Shown here in pieces: positions 36,488 through 56,363 of a stretch of DNA of 64,000 nucleotides (the first letter of the stretch is position 1; the number at the start of each line of letters is the position of its first letter). Below the pieces are notes generated by a model. The model was not told where the DNA came from and made no database searches. It was given only the letters and a program-made list of their open reading frames with translations. The position numbers were made by a program, and so were the translations under genes. This stretch comes from Macrostomum lignano (taxonomy: Eukaryota), in the NCBI GenBank assembly GCA_002269645.1, contig NIVC01002353.1, forward strand, positions 1 to 64,000, in the 5' to 3' direction.

Positions 36488-37202
36488 GATTAGCGGAGCT
36501 GATAATCTAGCTGAGATTAGCGGAGCTGATAATCTAGCTGGGATTAGCGGAGCTGATAATCTACCTGGGATTAGCGGATCTGATAATCTACCTGAGATTA
36601 GCAAGCTGATAATCTACCTGAGATTAGCACAACTGATAATCTACCCGGGATTAGCGGAGCTGATAATCTACATACCTGGGATTAGCAGAGCTGATAATCT
36701 ACATACCTGGAATTAGCGGAGCAGATAATCTACCTGGGATTAGTGGAGCTGATAATCTACCTGGAATTAGCGGAGCTGATAATCTACCTGGGATTAGCAG
36801 AGCTGATAATCTACATACCTAGAATTAGCGGAGCAGATAATCTACCTGGGATTAGTGGAGCTGATAATCTACCTGGAATTAGCGGAGCTGATAATCTACC
36901 TGGGATTAGCGGAGCTGATAATCTACATACCTGGAATTAGTGGAGCAGATAATCTACCTGGGATTAGCGGAGCTGATAATCTACCTGGAATTAGCGGAGC
37001 TGATAATCTACCTGGGATTAGCGGAGCTGATAATCTACCTGGGATTAGCGGAGCTGATAATCTACCTGGGATTAGCGGAGCTACCTGGGATTAGCGGAGC
37101 TGATAATCTACCTGGGATTAGCGGAGCTGATAATCTACCTGGGATTAGCGGAGCTGATAATCTACCTGGGAGTAGCGGTGCTGATAATCTACCTGTGAGC
37201 GG
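36488..37202. repeat. 27-bp minisatellite (ctgggattagcggagctgataatctac)n with longer variants
   Basis: Direct tandem repeat. Confidence 0.95.
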
Positions 37203-37441
37203 AGCTGCCACAAATATTCCAATTTGATGATTTGATAACTCAAATTTTGCGCTATTTATTAAGAAAAGCACGAGTACAAAGAGAGTTAGAAAATACAAGA
37301 GTCATGTCTATGTAATCAATCGCTTTATTATGCATGAATTTTTCTGCTCTTAGTTCTCAGTTTCTTGGAATCCTGGCGCCAGCCGCACTCCTCAGCGAGC
37401 GCCTCCACTTGAGATTCCCTCCGTCGCGTCGGTTCGGCCGG

Positions 37442-39910
37442 TCAGCAGCCGCAGCGGGACTTCTGCGGTGCGTCGTCAGTGGCCGCCGTTGAGCTCTGCC
37501 GCGACGGCTCGCGTTGAAGCTGGAAGCTGCGGTGCTGGTCTGGAAGCTGTAGCGTGTTCCGCCGGAACTGCCGGCAGGCCGCTCCGATGCGGTCTCGGAG
37601 GAGGTCAATGCCCTGACCTGAGGGGGGGGGTGGGTCAGGGATCGAGTGCTGCAGTGGGTCGGGGATCGAGTGCTGCGGTGGGTCGGGGATCGAGTGCTGC
37701 AGTGGGTCGGGGATCGAGTGCTGCGGTGGGTCGGGGATCGAGTGCTGCGGTGGGTCGGGGATCGAGTGCTGCGGTGGGTCGGGGATCGAGTGCTGCAGTG
37801 GGTCGGGGATCGAGTGCTGCAGTGGGTCGGGGATCGAGTGCTGCAGTGGGTCGGGGATCGAGTGCTGCAGTGGGTCGGGGATCGAGTGCTGCAGTGGGTC
37901 GGGGATCGAGTGCCGCGGTGGGTCGGGGATCGAGTGCCGCGGTGGGTCGGGGATCGAGTGCTGCAGTGGGTCGGGGATCGAGTGCTGCAGTGGGTCGGGG
38001 ATCGAGTGCTGCAGTGGGTCGGGGATCGAGTGCTGCAGTGGGTCGGGGATCGAGTGCCGCGGTGGGTCGCGGATCGAGTGCTGCAGTGGGTCGGGGATCG
38101 AGTGCTGCAGTGGGTCGGGGATCGAGTGCTGCAGTGGGTCGGGGATCGAGTGCTGCAGTGGGTCGGGGATCGAGTGCTGCAGTGGGTCGGGGATCGAGTG
38201 CTGCAGTCGGGGATCGAGTGCTGCAGTGGGTCGGGGATTTAATGCTCACCCGTCTTAGTCGAGGTCACCACACTGTAGCAGCACCCCAGCCGCTGCTGGT
38301 AGGACTCAATGGAGCTCAGCAGAATCCCGTCAGCGTCTGGTGAGTCTCCCTTGTTGAACACCAGGATCATCTGGGCTGCGGGCACATAAGAGGGTTCCGG
38401 CATTGGGAGTAATCATTTGAGCACTTGGTTTCCCCTGCTGAGCACTGGCTTCCCCTGCTGAGCACTGGCTTCCCCTGCTGAGCACTGGCTTCCCCTGCTG
38501 AGCACTGGCTTCCCCTGCTGAGCACTGGCTTCCCCTGCTGAGCACTGGCTTCCCCTGCTGAGCACTGGCTTCCCCTGCTGAGCACTGGCTTCCCCTGCTG
38601 AGCACTGGCTTCCCCTGCTGAGCACTGGCTTCCCCTGCTGAGCACTGGCTTCCCCTGCTGAGCACTGGCTTCCCCTGCTGAGCACTGGGCAGCCCTGGCC
38701 CTCCCCCACCTGCCCCATCGGATGCTGGGCAGCCCTGGCCCTCCCCCACCTGCCCCATCGGATGCTGGGCAGCCCTGGCCCTCCCCCACCTGCCCCATCG
38801 GATGCTGGGCAGCCCTGGCCCTCCCCCACCTGCCCCATCGGATGCTGGGCAGCCCTGGCCCTCCCCCACCTGCCCCATCGGATGCTGGGCAGCCCTGGCC
38901 CTCCCCCACCTGCACCATCGGATGCTGGGCAGCCCTGGCCCTCCCCCACCTGCACCATCGGATGCTGGGCAGCCCTGGCCCTCCCCCACCTGCACCATCG
39001 GATGCTGGGCAGCCCTGGCCCTCCCCCACCTGCACCATCGGATGCTGGGCAGCCCTGGCCCTCCCCCACCTGCACCATCGGATGCTGGGCAGCCCTGGCC
39101 CTCCCCCACCTGGCCAACGCACCTCGTGGGGCGTAGAATCCAGCGCTGTCCCGCCAGTTCTGCAGGCTCTGCACCGAGCGGGCATCAGAGGCGTCGGCAA
39201 CCAACAGCACGCAGGCGGCGTCACGGTAGTAGCTGACAGTCAGCGACTTGTTCTCAAAGCGCTCCATGTCGCAGGTGTCCATGAGCTGGATCTGCGGGAT
39301 CCGGGATGTGCTGGGAGGTCAAAAAATATTCACAGCCCTTGAAAGGTCAAAAGGACAATGTACGCAGGCACGCACTCATGTACACGATCACGCAGGGTGT
39401 ACAGCAGCTCTGACACTCTAATCGTCAGGCATGCACATTCTCTGATCCTGGGGGGGGGGGGTTCGGCATCGCGGGTTTGAATCGCACAATGACAACCCGG
39501 CCAACCCCCAGCTCACCCATGCGAACCTACAGCTCACCCCCGCGAACCTACAGCTCACCCATGCGAACCTACAGCTCACCCCCGCGAACCTACAGCTCAC
39601 CCCTGCGAACCTACAGCTCACCCCCGCGAACCTACAGCTCACCCCCGCGAACCTACAGCTCACCCCCGCGAACCTACAGCTCACCCCCGCGAACCTACAG
39701 CTCACCCCTGCGAACCTACAGCTCACTCAACACTCCCAGCCAGCTCACTCTGGTTCCATTCTGCAGCCGCAGCACTGCGGAGCCCCTGTTAGTCCCGGGC
39801 GCAGTGCCGGTGAGCCGGTGGAACAGGCTGGTTTTGCCCACCCCGAAGTTGCCGGCGAGCACGGCGGTGTCGCGCCGCACCGGGATGGTGTCCGCCTGGT
39901 CCGCCTCCAT
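37442..39910 (-). CDS. Atypical Rab-like small GTPase; exons 39910-39749, 39291-39123, 38375-38250, 37617-37442 (210 aa)
   Basis: G1 LAGNFGVGKTSL, IQLMDTCDMERF (altered G3), SLTVSYYRDAACVLLVAD, G4 LVFNKGD, G5 TSTKTG and C-terminal CGC prenylation motif. All introns are GT-AG with matching phases. Confidence 0.85.
37631..38237. repeat. 24-bp minisatellite in Rab intron 3 (gggtcggggatcgagtgctgcagt)n
   Basis: Direct tandem repeat. Confidence 0.96.
38420..38686. repeat. 20-bp minisatellite in Rab intron 2 (gagcactggcttcccctgct)n
   Basis: Near-perfect tandem repeat. Confidence 0.96.
38687..39112. repeat. 40-bp minisatellite in Rab intron 2 (gggcagccctggccctcccccacctgccccatcggatgct)n
   Basis: Abuts the 20-bp array directly. 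Confidence 0.96.
39503..39727. repeat. 21-bp minisatellite in Rab intron 1 (cgaacctacagctcacccccg)n
   Basis: Direct tandem repeat. Confidence 0.95.
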
Positions 39911-40242
39911 GGAGCCGAATGAAGCGAGAGGCCCGCAGTGGTTTTGGCACAGCTGTGGCTCTCCTTTGCTGCAGGGTTTGCTGCTGCAGAGCAATCTGTG
40001 CTGCAGATCTCGCGTCAGTTTATCTGCTTTCCGTGCGGCCCTTTATCAGCTGGCCTGTGCCTCTGGCTTTGGCAGGGCAAGTGTTTCTGCCACATTTTGT
40101 GATAACACTTTGGAGCCAGCCGAGGACCGCAAAATTAGCCAGATTTTGGATTGGAAACCAACTGGCTGTCCTCGCTTAGGCAAATTAGCAGCCTCCGTTC
40201 TTCCGTGACTTCCGTGATTTATACTTGGGGACCTTTAACCCG

Positions 40243-41078
40243 GAGTGAAGGTGAACTCGGGGGATCGGAGTGAACTTGAAGGGTCCCGAGTGAACTGAGG
40301 ATCAGGAGTGAACTTGAAGGGTCCCGAGTGAACTGAGGATCTGGAGTGAACTGAGAGGATCTGGAGTGAACTGAGAGGATCTGGAGTGAACTGAGAGGAT
40401 CTGGAGTGAACTCAGAGGATCTGGAGTGAACTGAGAGGATCTAGAGTGAACTTAGAGGATCTGGAGTGAACTCAGAGGATCTGGAGTGAACTGAGAGTAT
40501 CTGGAGTGAACTGAGAGGATCTGGAGTGAACTGAGGGTATCTGGAGTGAACTCAGAGGATCTGGAGTGAACTTAGAGGATCTGGAGTGAACTCAGGGGAT
40601 CTGGAGTGAACTTAGAGGATCTGGAGTGAACTGAGAGGATCTGGAGTGAACTCAGAGGATCTGGAGTGAACTTAGAGGATCTGGAGTGAACTCAGAGGAT
40701 CTGGAGTGAACTTAGAGGATCTGGAGTGAACTTAGAGGATCTGGAGTGAACTCAGAGGATCTGGAGTGAACTTAGAGGATCTGGAGTGAACTTAGAGGAT
40801 CTGGAGTGAACTTAGAGGATCTGGAGTGAACTCAGAGGATCTGGAGTGAACTTAGAGGATCTGGAGTGAACTTAGAGGATCTGGAGTGAACTCAGAGGAT
40901 CTGGAGTGAACTGAGAGGATCTGGAGTGAACTCAGAGGATCTGGAGTGAACTCAGAGGATCTGGAGTGAACTGAGAGGATCTGGAGTGAACTCAGAGGAT
41001 CTGGAGTGAACTCAGAGGATCTGGAATGAACTGAGGGGATCTGGAGTGAACTCAGAGCGAACTCCGAAGATCTGGAGT
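40243..41078. repeat. 20-bp minisatellite (ctggagtgaactcagaggat)n
   Basis: Direct tandem repeat between the Rab and WSC genes. Confidence 0.96.
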
Positions 41079-41596
41079 GTGATTCCTGTAAATCTTAAAA
41101 TTAGGTCAGCTTAATGTTACATATGCTTTAAATTTTATTCTTCAGTGTGGAAGCGAAGGCTGTTAATAATAAAGGTTTATTCAATACAGGGCAAAAATTT
41201 ATTTGTTGTGGAAAAAACCTAAATTGGCATGTAATCATAAAGATAATAATAGATTTGTTAGTCCGCCGTAAATACGAGCTAGCTCAATTTTAGTACAATG
41301 GTCGTTCGTAAATTTTCAATCGGTGATGGGACTACAGCAGCTTCAGATGTCTCGCAAGCTGATTGGCCGGTGCACCCATCTGTAGTTTGGGTCTCAGGCG
41401 TTCGGCTTGCGGTCGCACTCGCACTGCTCCTGCAATGCAGAGGGTGGGGGTCCTGGATCTTGGCTGTGACCTTGTAGGTTTTTGAACCAAAGTTAGCAAA
41501 GTTCTGCTGAAACTGGCTCTCTATCTTATGCGGGGGCGGAGACCCGAGATTTACTGAACAAATCTCTTGCAGCATTGCGCCTTGCCAGAGGGAAGG

Positions 41597-42063
41597 GCTG
41601 GCGCCCCTGGTGCTGGCGCCCCTGGTGCTGGCGCCCCTGGTGCTGGCGCCCCTGGTGCTGGCGCCCCTGGTGCTGGCGCCCCTGGTGCTGGCGCCCCTGG
41701 TGCTGGCGCCCCTGGTGCTGGCGCCCCTGGTGCTGGCGCCCCTGGTGCTGGCGCCCCTGGTGCTGGCGCCCCTGGTGCTGGCGCCCCTGGTGCTGGCGCC
41801 CCTGGTGCTGGCGCCCCTGGTGCTGGCGCCCCTGGTGCTGGCGCCCCTGGTGCTGGCGCCCCTGGTGCTGGCGCCCCTGGTGCTGGCGCCCCTGGTGCTG
41901 GCGCCCCTGGTGCTGGCGCCCCTGGTGCTGGCGCCCCTGGTGCTGGCGCCCCTGGTGCTGGCGCCCCTGGTGCTGGCGCCCCTGGTGCTGGCGCCCCTGG
42001 TGCTGGCGCCCCTGGTGCTGGCGCCCCTGGTGCTAAAGCTCCTAATGCTGGCGCCACTGGTGC
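41597..42063. repeat. 15-bp GC-rich minisatellite in WSC intron 2 (gctggcgcccctggt)n
   Basis: Perfect tandem array of about 30 units. Confidence 0.96.
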
Positions 42064-42423
42064 TAAAACAGCCCGGCCCCCCTCAAATACGCCCTGCGCT
42101 GACCCGGTGGATCTCGTAGATGCAGTTGCGCATCCGGCCGCCGCAGAACTCGTCCCGGTTGCCGTTGCAGCGCCGGTTGCACTCGCGCTCGCTCTTGCGC
42201 CCGTACAGGCCAGGCCGTAGGTGTTGCCGCAGAAGCAGAGGCGGCCGTTCTGCAGTCCGAAGTAGCGGTAGCGTAGGCGGTCGCACTGCCGGTAGCAGAA
42301 CTCCACCGACATGCGGCTGTGCGCCACGTAGCTGCTCAGGTCGCGCCGGGTTGTGTCGCCGTAGCAGCCGATGTAGGTGTACTTCTCGTTCGGCCCTGCG
42401 TGGGGGCGGGTAGAGTCGCAGCA

Positions 42424-42802
42424 AGCTACTCAACTACCGTGCTGAGCACAGAAATAAGCTACTCAAGTGCCGTGCTGAGCACAGCAATAAACTACCCACT
42501 GCCGTGCTGAGCAGAGCAATAAACTATTCAACTAATATGCTGAGCACAGCAAAAGCTACTCAACTACCGTGCTGAGCACAGCAATAAGCTACTCACTGTC
42601 GTGCTGAGCACAGCAACAAGCTACTCAACTACCGTGCTGAGCACAGCAATAAGCTACTCACTGTCGTGCTGAGCACAGCAACAAGCTACTCAACTACTGT
42701 GCTGAGCACAGCAATAAGCTACTCATTGTCGTGCTGAGCACAGCAATAAACTAATCAACTACTGCTGAGCACAGCAATAAGCTACTCACTGCCGTGCTGA
42801 GC
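42424..42802. repeat. 32-33-bp minisatellite in WSC intron 1 (gtgctgagcacagcaataagctactcaactacc)n
   Basis: The tandem array overlaps the exon 1 donor junction. Confidence 0.92.
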
Positions 42803-43244
42803 AGTGCAGCAGCCGATACAGCACAGGAGAGCCGCAGCTGCCAGCAGGTTGAAGGCGGCCATCTTGGACATGTTAAACTCGAGCTGCGTCTTGGAGTTCG
42901 GATTCGAGCTGCGGGCCTGCAGCTCGCGACTGTATTTAGGGCAGAAGTGCTGCAGATTAGATAATGCTGCCTCGTACACTGGTTTCCATGGCAACCAGTT
43001 TAATTCACATTTTAGATATTGTCAGCATTAGGCAGATCGGCAGATAGTGCAGACTGACACAGCAGGCAGAGCACAGCGGGCTATCAGTTTCCATTCACCC
43101 GCGCCATCAGAGATAAGCGCGCAGAGCGGCGTCCTCAGGTCTGACCGACTGCTCACACAACTGACAACCGAGGCGAACCACTCGCCTAGTGATAACCGGA
43201 CTCAGGTCTAACTGGGTCACCTCGGAGAACTGGGGCAGTCCTGA

Positions 43245-43885
43245 GTCTCGTGTGTGACACTCTTATTCAGTGCCTGTGCCAGTGACTCTCAGTCTCAGAG
43301 CACCTGTGCAGGTGTGACACTCGCTGTTCAGTGCCTGTGCCAGTGACTCTCAGTGCACCTGTGCAGGTGTGACACTCTTATTCAGTGCATGTGCCAGTGA
43401 CTCTCAGTGCACCTGTGCAGGTGTGACACTCGCTGTTCAGTGCCTGTGCCAGTGACTCTCAGTGCACCTGTGCAGGTCTGACACTCGCTGTTCAGTGCCT
43501 GTGCCAGTGACTCTCAGTGCACCTGTGCAGGTGTGACACTCGCTGTTCAGTGCCTGTGCCAGTGACTCTCAGTGCACCTGTGCAGGTCTGACACTCGCTA
43601 TTCAGTGCCTGTGCCAGTGACTCTCAGTGCACCTGTGCAGGTGTGACACTCGCTATTCAGTGCCTGTGCCAGTGACTCTCAGTGCACCTGTGCAGGTGTG
43701 ACACTCGCTGTTCAGTGCCTGTGCCAGTGACTCTCAGTGCACCTGTGCAGGTGTGACACTCGCTATTCAGTGCCTGTGCCAGTGACTCTCAGTGCACCTG
43801 TGCAGGTGTGACACTCGCTGTTCAGTGCCTGTGCCAGTGACTCTCAGTGCACCTGTGCAGGTCTGACACTCGCTATTCAGTGCGA
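43245..43885. repeat. 55-bp minisatellite (gtgtgacactcgctgttcagtgcctgtgccagtgactctcagtgcacctgtgcag)n
   Basis: Direct tandem repeat. Confidence 0.95.
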
Positions 43886-44247
43886 TTCAGTGTGGGAAAC
43901 AGACCAAAACTTAAACGGAAATTGAAATTTTGAAATGAAAAATTCCAAAACGAAATTCACGTTGCTTCAGCTGATTTTGTTCAGAAGCGAAAATTCAAAT
44001 CACAGCCATCCACAGGAAGAAACTGTATTGGAATGTATGAATTAAATCCAAAAGTGCAAAAATAAATATTCATTTGCAAGATGAGGCGCCCGCAGCCGGG
44101 CCTGGCAAAGACGGCATCGGAATGCGCTGCGCTAGAGCTGTGGAGCTGGGCAAATTGGCGAAAATATTGACAGACTGCATGACGGAATAAAATAGGATTT
44201 GCTTCGATTTGAACCTCAGCCTCCTTTGGGAACTGGGATACTGACAT

Positions 44248-44964
<717 letters not shown>

Positions 44965-45451
44965 TTGCACCAGATGAAAAAGCAGCTGTGGCCGCCCCAA
45001 AGCTGAAATGACGCAAACTTTCAGCAGGCAAGCCGGCAGCCGCACACAGAAGAGCATGTGCTGCATTGCAGTGCTTCTACTGGATTTGTTAGAATTGCAA
45101 AAAACGGCAAATGGCAAAATTTAAAACAATAAATGGAGCAGTGAGTCACTCTAGGAAAACGCTTGGCCTCGGACCAGCCGCACAGTGCCTACTGAGATGA
45201 AATTGTTGAATCCACCCGACTCTCAGATTGCTCACTGTGCAGCTGGTCAGAGGGAATGGTGGCACAGGCAAATCAATAAATTCAGAGTATTTGTAGAAAG
45301 CAAAAATTCTGGAGAATTCAGTTAGCCGGAAGGTTGGTGGTAAATTGCAGTTGCTACAATCTTGTTATATTGGCTGGCTGCTAGCCTGGGTCTTGGGAGA
45401 CTCGAGTGTGGTGGACAGATTTGACACTGATGATTTTGGAACCTGTTTTGT

Positions 45452-46032
45452 CTATGGCCCAACATCCAAGCCAAGTTTATGGCCCAACATCCAAGCCAAG
45501 TCTATGGCCTAACAACTTAGCCAAGTCTATGGCCCAATGCCGTAGCCAAGTCTATGGCCCAACACCCTAGCTAAGTCTATGGCCCAATTCTCTAGCCAAG
45601 TCTATGGCCCAACACCCTAGCTAAGTCTATGGCCCAATTCTCTAGCTAAGTCTATGGCTTAATTCTCTAGTTAAGTCTATGGCCCAATGCCCTAGTTAAG
45701 TCTATGGCACAATGCCCTAGTTAAGTCTATGGCCCAATGTCCTAGCCAAGTCTATGGCCGCTCACCCTAGCCAAGTCTATGGCGTAACAACCTAGCCAAG
45801 TCTATGGCCCAACAACATAGCCAAGTCTATGGCCCAATGTCCTAGCCAAGTCTATGGCCCAACAACCTAGCCAAGTCTATGGCCCAAAAACATAGCCAAG
45901 TCTATTGCCCAACAACCTAGCCAAGTCTATGGCCCAAGCTTTAGCTAAGTCTATGGCCCAAGCTTTAGCCAAGTCTATGGCCCAAGCTTTAGCCAAGTCT
46001 ATGGCCCAACACCCCTAGCCAAGTCTATGGCC
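45452..46032. repeat. 25-bp diverged minisatellite (ctagccaagtctatggcccaacaac)n
   Basis: Direct tandem repeat with variable 5-nt ends. Confidence 0.92.
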
Positions 46033-46152
46033 CAATCAGTTCCAACAGCCAGCCAATGAAGCTGACAAGACAAGCAACTAAAATTAGAAACAATAACACT
46101 TGATGAAGGAGAGCTGGACAGTGCGGATGCAGCAAGACCTGGCAAAGCAATC

Positions 46153-53502
<7,350 letters not shown>

Positions 53503-53879
53503 GGCGGTGCAGGCCGGAGGTTGAGGGCTGGGAGACTCAGGCAGAGCTCACAGATTCGCTGCAATGCATTTGGGGCCGTCCTCGGTTCATTCCACTCCAG
53601 GCCTCAGTGGCTTGCTGAGTTTTTAGCAAGTTTTACTAAGGTATGATTTCAGTTATGATTTAGGAATATTTTAGATTTTTTACTTTGCAAATGTATGATT
53701 TTCATGGGGGGGGGTAATTATTCTTTTTTCTTGCGAAATAGATAAAACCACTGGGAATAAATGATATAGAAATAGCTTATTTTCCTTTGTCTCATCTTTC
53801 CTTTAAAACTGTGTAATAAACAATCATTAATTTAATTATTTCTAAAGATGAATAAACATGCCAATAGTGTTTTCAAGCA

Positions 53880-55700
53880 TAATTAGCATAGCCAAAAAGG
53901 ATCACAGCCCGCCAGTGCAGGATGGTGGACGGGCGCTGCAGCTTGGCCCGATCGTACAGGGCCTCGGTCCCTCGTCTCTCGTCAGCTCGAAAGGCCGCAT
54001 GGAGCAGCCCTGAGTGCGCCGAGCCTAGCTGCCGCTCCAGCGTAGCCGTCAGCGTCCATGTCTCGGCGTTGTAGAGCAGAGCGATTTCCGACCACCGCCA
54101 GTCACAGCCGAGCCCTCTGGCGGTCGGGCAGCGCTTCGGACTGGAGGACGGCCCGGATTGACCGAAAGGCCGCCCAGGCAAGTCCTCTGCGCCGCCGGAG
54201 GTCTTCCTCCACGTGGGGCACCAGACCGCCGCGGTAGGTGAACCGCTGGTAGAGTGCGAGCTTTGTCGTCTGCCCGTCTGCGCCGCGGCACGTTAGGTCC
54301 GCTGGGATGCCGGCCGGCAAAGTCAGCAGCTCGGTCTTCAGCGTGTTGACAACCAGACCGACCAGACCGACGTTCGATGCCACATCGACCAGCCTGTCGA
54401 TCTGGCGCTGGGCGCCTTCAACGGACGAGGACAGGAGGGTGAGGTCGTCGGCGTAGCCAAGTTTTTTGCCGTGGCAGCGACCGAGGCGTCTGCGCAGCAA
54501 GAAGCGTAGTTAGCCGAGGGGAGAGCGGTCCGAAGCACCCAGTCCAGCAGCACGAAGAGGAACGGCGCTAGCGTGTCGCCCTGCAGAACTCCTGATGAAG
54601 TATCGAACAGGTCAGACAGGCCGTCCGCCGTCACCACAGTAGCTCGAGTACGAGCTATCGCAATACAGCGACATGATAGCGTCGATTAGCTGCTGCGGGA
54701 CCCGGTAGGCTCGAAGGACGAAGAGCAGTGCGGCTCTCAGCACCGAGTCAAACGCTTTAGAAAGTCAACGAAGACAATGATCAGCGTAGACTGGCGGATG
54801 CGCGCCATCCTCAATGACACGGCGGAGTGCGAGGATCTGTGTGACTGTACTGCGTTGCGGCCGGAATCCCTTCTGCTCATACCGCAGGTACGGGTCCAGC
54901 ACCGACTGCAGACGATCGAGCAGGAGCCGGTTGAAGAGCTTCGCGGTGCAGGACATCAGCGAGGTCCCGCGGTGGTCATTTTTCCGCATTGTCCCTGCCT
55001 TCTTTGGGATTGGCACGATGTGCGCGATGGTCCACTTGGTGGGCGCAGAAGCGCCGGCGAGCACGCGGTTCATGACGCCTGTGACCTGGGAGGTCACACA
55101 GCGGAGTCGAAGCGCTTCGACTGGGATTTCGCCGGGGCCGAGCGCCTGGCAGTTTGATGATTTCCGAGCAAACAGCACAACGTCCTTCGTGGTGACTGGT
55201 CTGGTGCAGAACTCTTCAGCTGGGAGTGGCGTGTCCAGTGAGAGCGAGAAGCTGGCGGGCAGCAGCAATGTGGGCACATTCAGGATGCCAGCAAAGAAGT
55301 CATGAAATTCATTCCTGCACTCCTCCGGAGTGTCACTGGCCACATTCAGTGCAATGCACTTTTTGCGCCCTATCAGAGTCTAGATGGCAGTCTGCACTGC
55401 ACAGCTCTTCACTCAGGGCTGGCTGCAGTGATGGACCTGATGGCATTGTCAAATGTGGGCTGCCAGTTTCTGTGAAGTTGCTCAATGTTGAGCAGCGCCT
55501 GCCTGATGGTCGGGTCACTCTGAAGGACAGCCAGCAATTTCTGCACTGGCCATATCAGCAGGACTGTCTGCTCTGTAGCTTGGCTCTAACAGCAATGCTG
55601 ATGTCAGAATACTCTGCCTTATACTGATCTCTAAGTGTGCTGACAAAGGTGCCTACAAATTGACACTTCACAAGGATGTCCAACAGAGGATAATAGCTAC
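53880..55700 (-). mobile_element. Decayed non-LTR retrotransposon (LINE, RTE-like) reverse transcriptase
   Basis: Fragments PIPKK, RGTSLMSCTAKLFNRLLLDRL, EQKGFRPQRST, FVDFxKAFDSV, GVLQGDTLAPFLF, YADD and LYNAETWTL, spread over several frames. The 55340-55700 extension is lower confidence. Confidence 0.88.
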
Positions 55701-56060
55701 TATATGAGAAATATTTATACCTAAATATTACCCTAATATTATTTATCTAAGTATTTCAATATAAAAATTTTCACTTTCCTAAAAATAAATCTTTGACACA
55801 AGATTGAACTTGTTCTATACCAATGTCAATGAATATATATTAAGTTGTTAAGATGTATATCAATAATATTTTTGTCTTTTGAATTTATAAAATTATGCAA
55901 TTACTAAAGCCAAAGATAACAAAATATAGAATAACTTTATATCTTAATATTGATAAACATTAATGCTAAAATACAAAACAATACATTTCTTATAAAATAA
56001 AACTTTGTTATTTAAGTGGGATTTATTTGATAAATTAGATTTACTAGGCCTAGATCCATC

Positions 56061-56363
56061 GGCAATGGCTAGAGTTCCAGCATTGGAACCTGTTTTCTAA
56101 TGGCTATGGATTTGGCATAATAAAGATAGAACATATTTTTCTTTCTACAGCTACAGGTGGCAGCTGATATTAAGATTTTATTCAAGATAAGATTCAAACA
56201 AGATGATATGTTAAGATTTGAAACAAGATGCTTCTAGGCCTAATGTTCAAACTTCTTAATAAAAGATATGTTCTTTTGTAGTTTTTTATATGCTTCTATA
56301 TGGCACTGCCAGATCTATAGCTGTTAGAGAATGGGTTCCAGTGCCGGAACTCTAGCTATTACC
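56061..56363. mobile_element. Old MITE-like inverted repeat (57-bp arms 56061-56117 and 56307-56363)
   Basis: Arms align without gaps at 46/57; all mismatches are transitions. Confidence 0.7.

Larger units (their letters stand above)
41394..42871 (-). pseudogene. Small secreted WSC-domain protein gene; exons 42871-42790, 42395-42104, 41429-41394; 5-bp duplication frameshift at 42206-42215
   Basis: Signal peptide MSKMAAFNLLAAAALLCCIGCCTAQHG. WSC motifs YIGCYGD..MSVEFCYRQC..YFGLQNGRLCFCGN and CNRRCNGNRDEFCGG..NCIYEI. The two halves are in different frames because of caggc-caggc. The last exon EQCECDRKPNA* is in phase once the duplication is removed. Confidence 0.78.

Noticed and set aside
37062-37298. 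Minus-strand ORF with a signal-peptide-like start MYFLTLFVLVLFLINSA
   Set aside because: It starts at a non-ATG codon in AT-rich sequence and runs straight into the 27-bp array; probably Rab 3' UTR.
37468-39342. Repetitive ORFs such as VGRGSSAA, AALDPRPT and GEGQGCPASD
   Set aside because: They lie within the GT-AG introns of the Rab model and are explained by the arrays.
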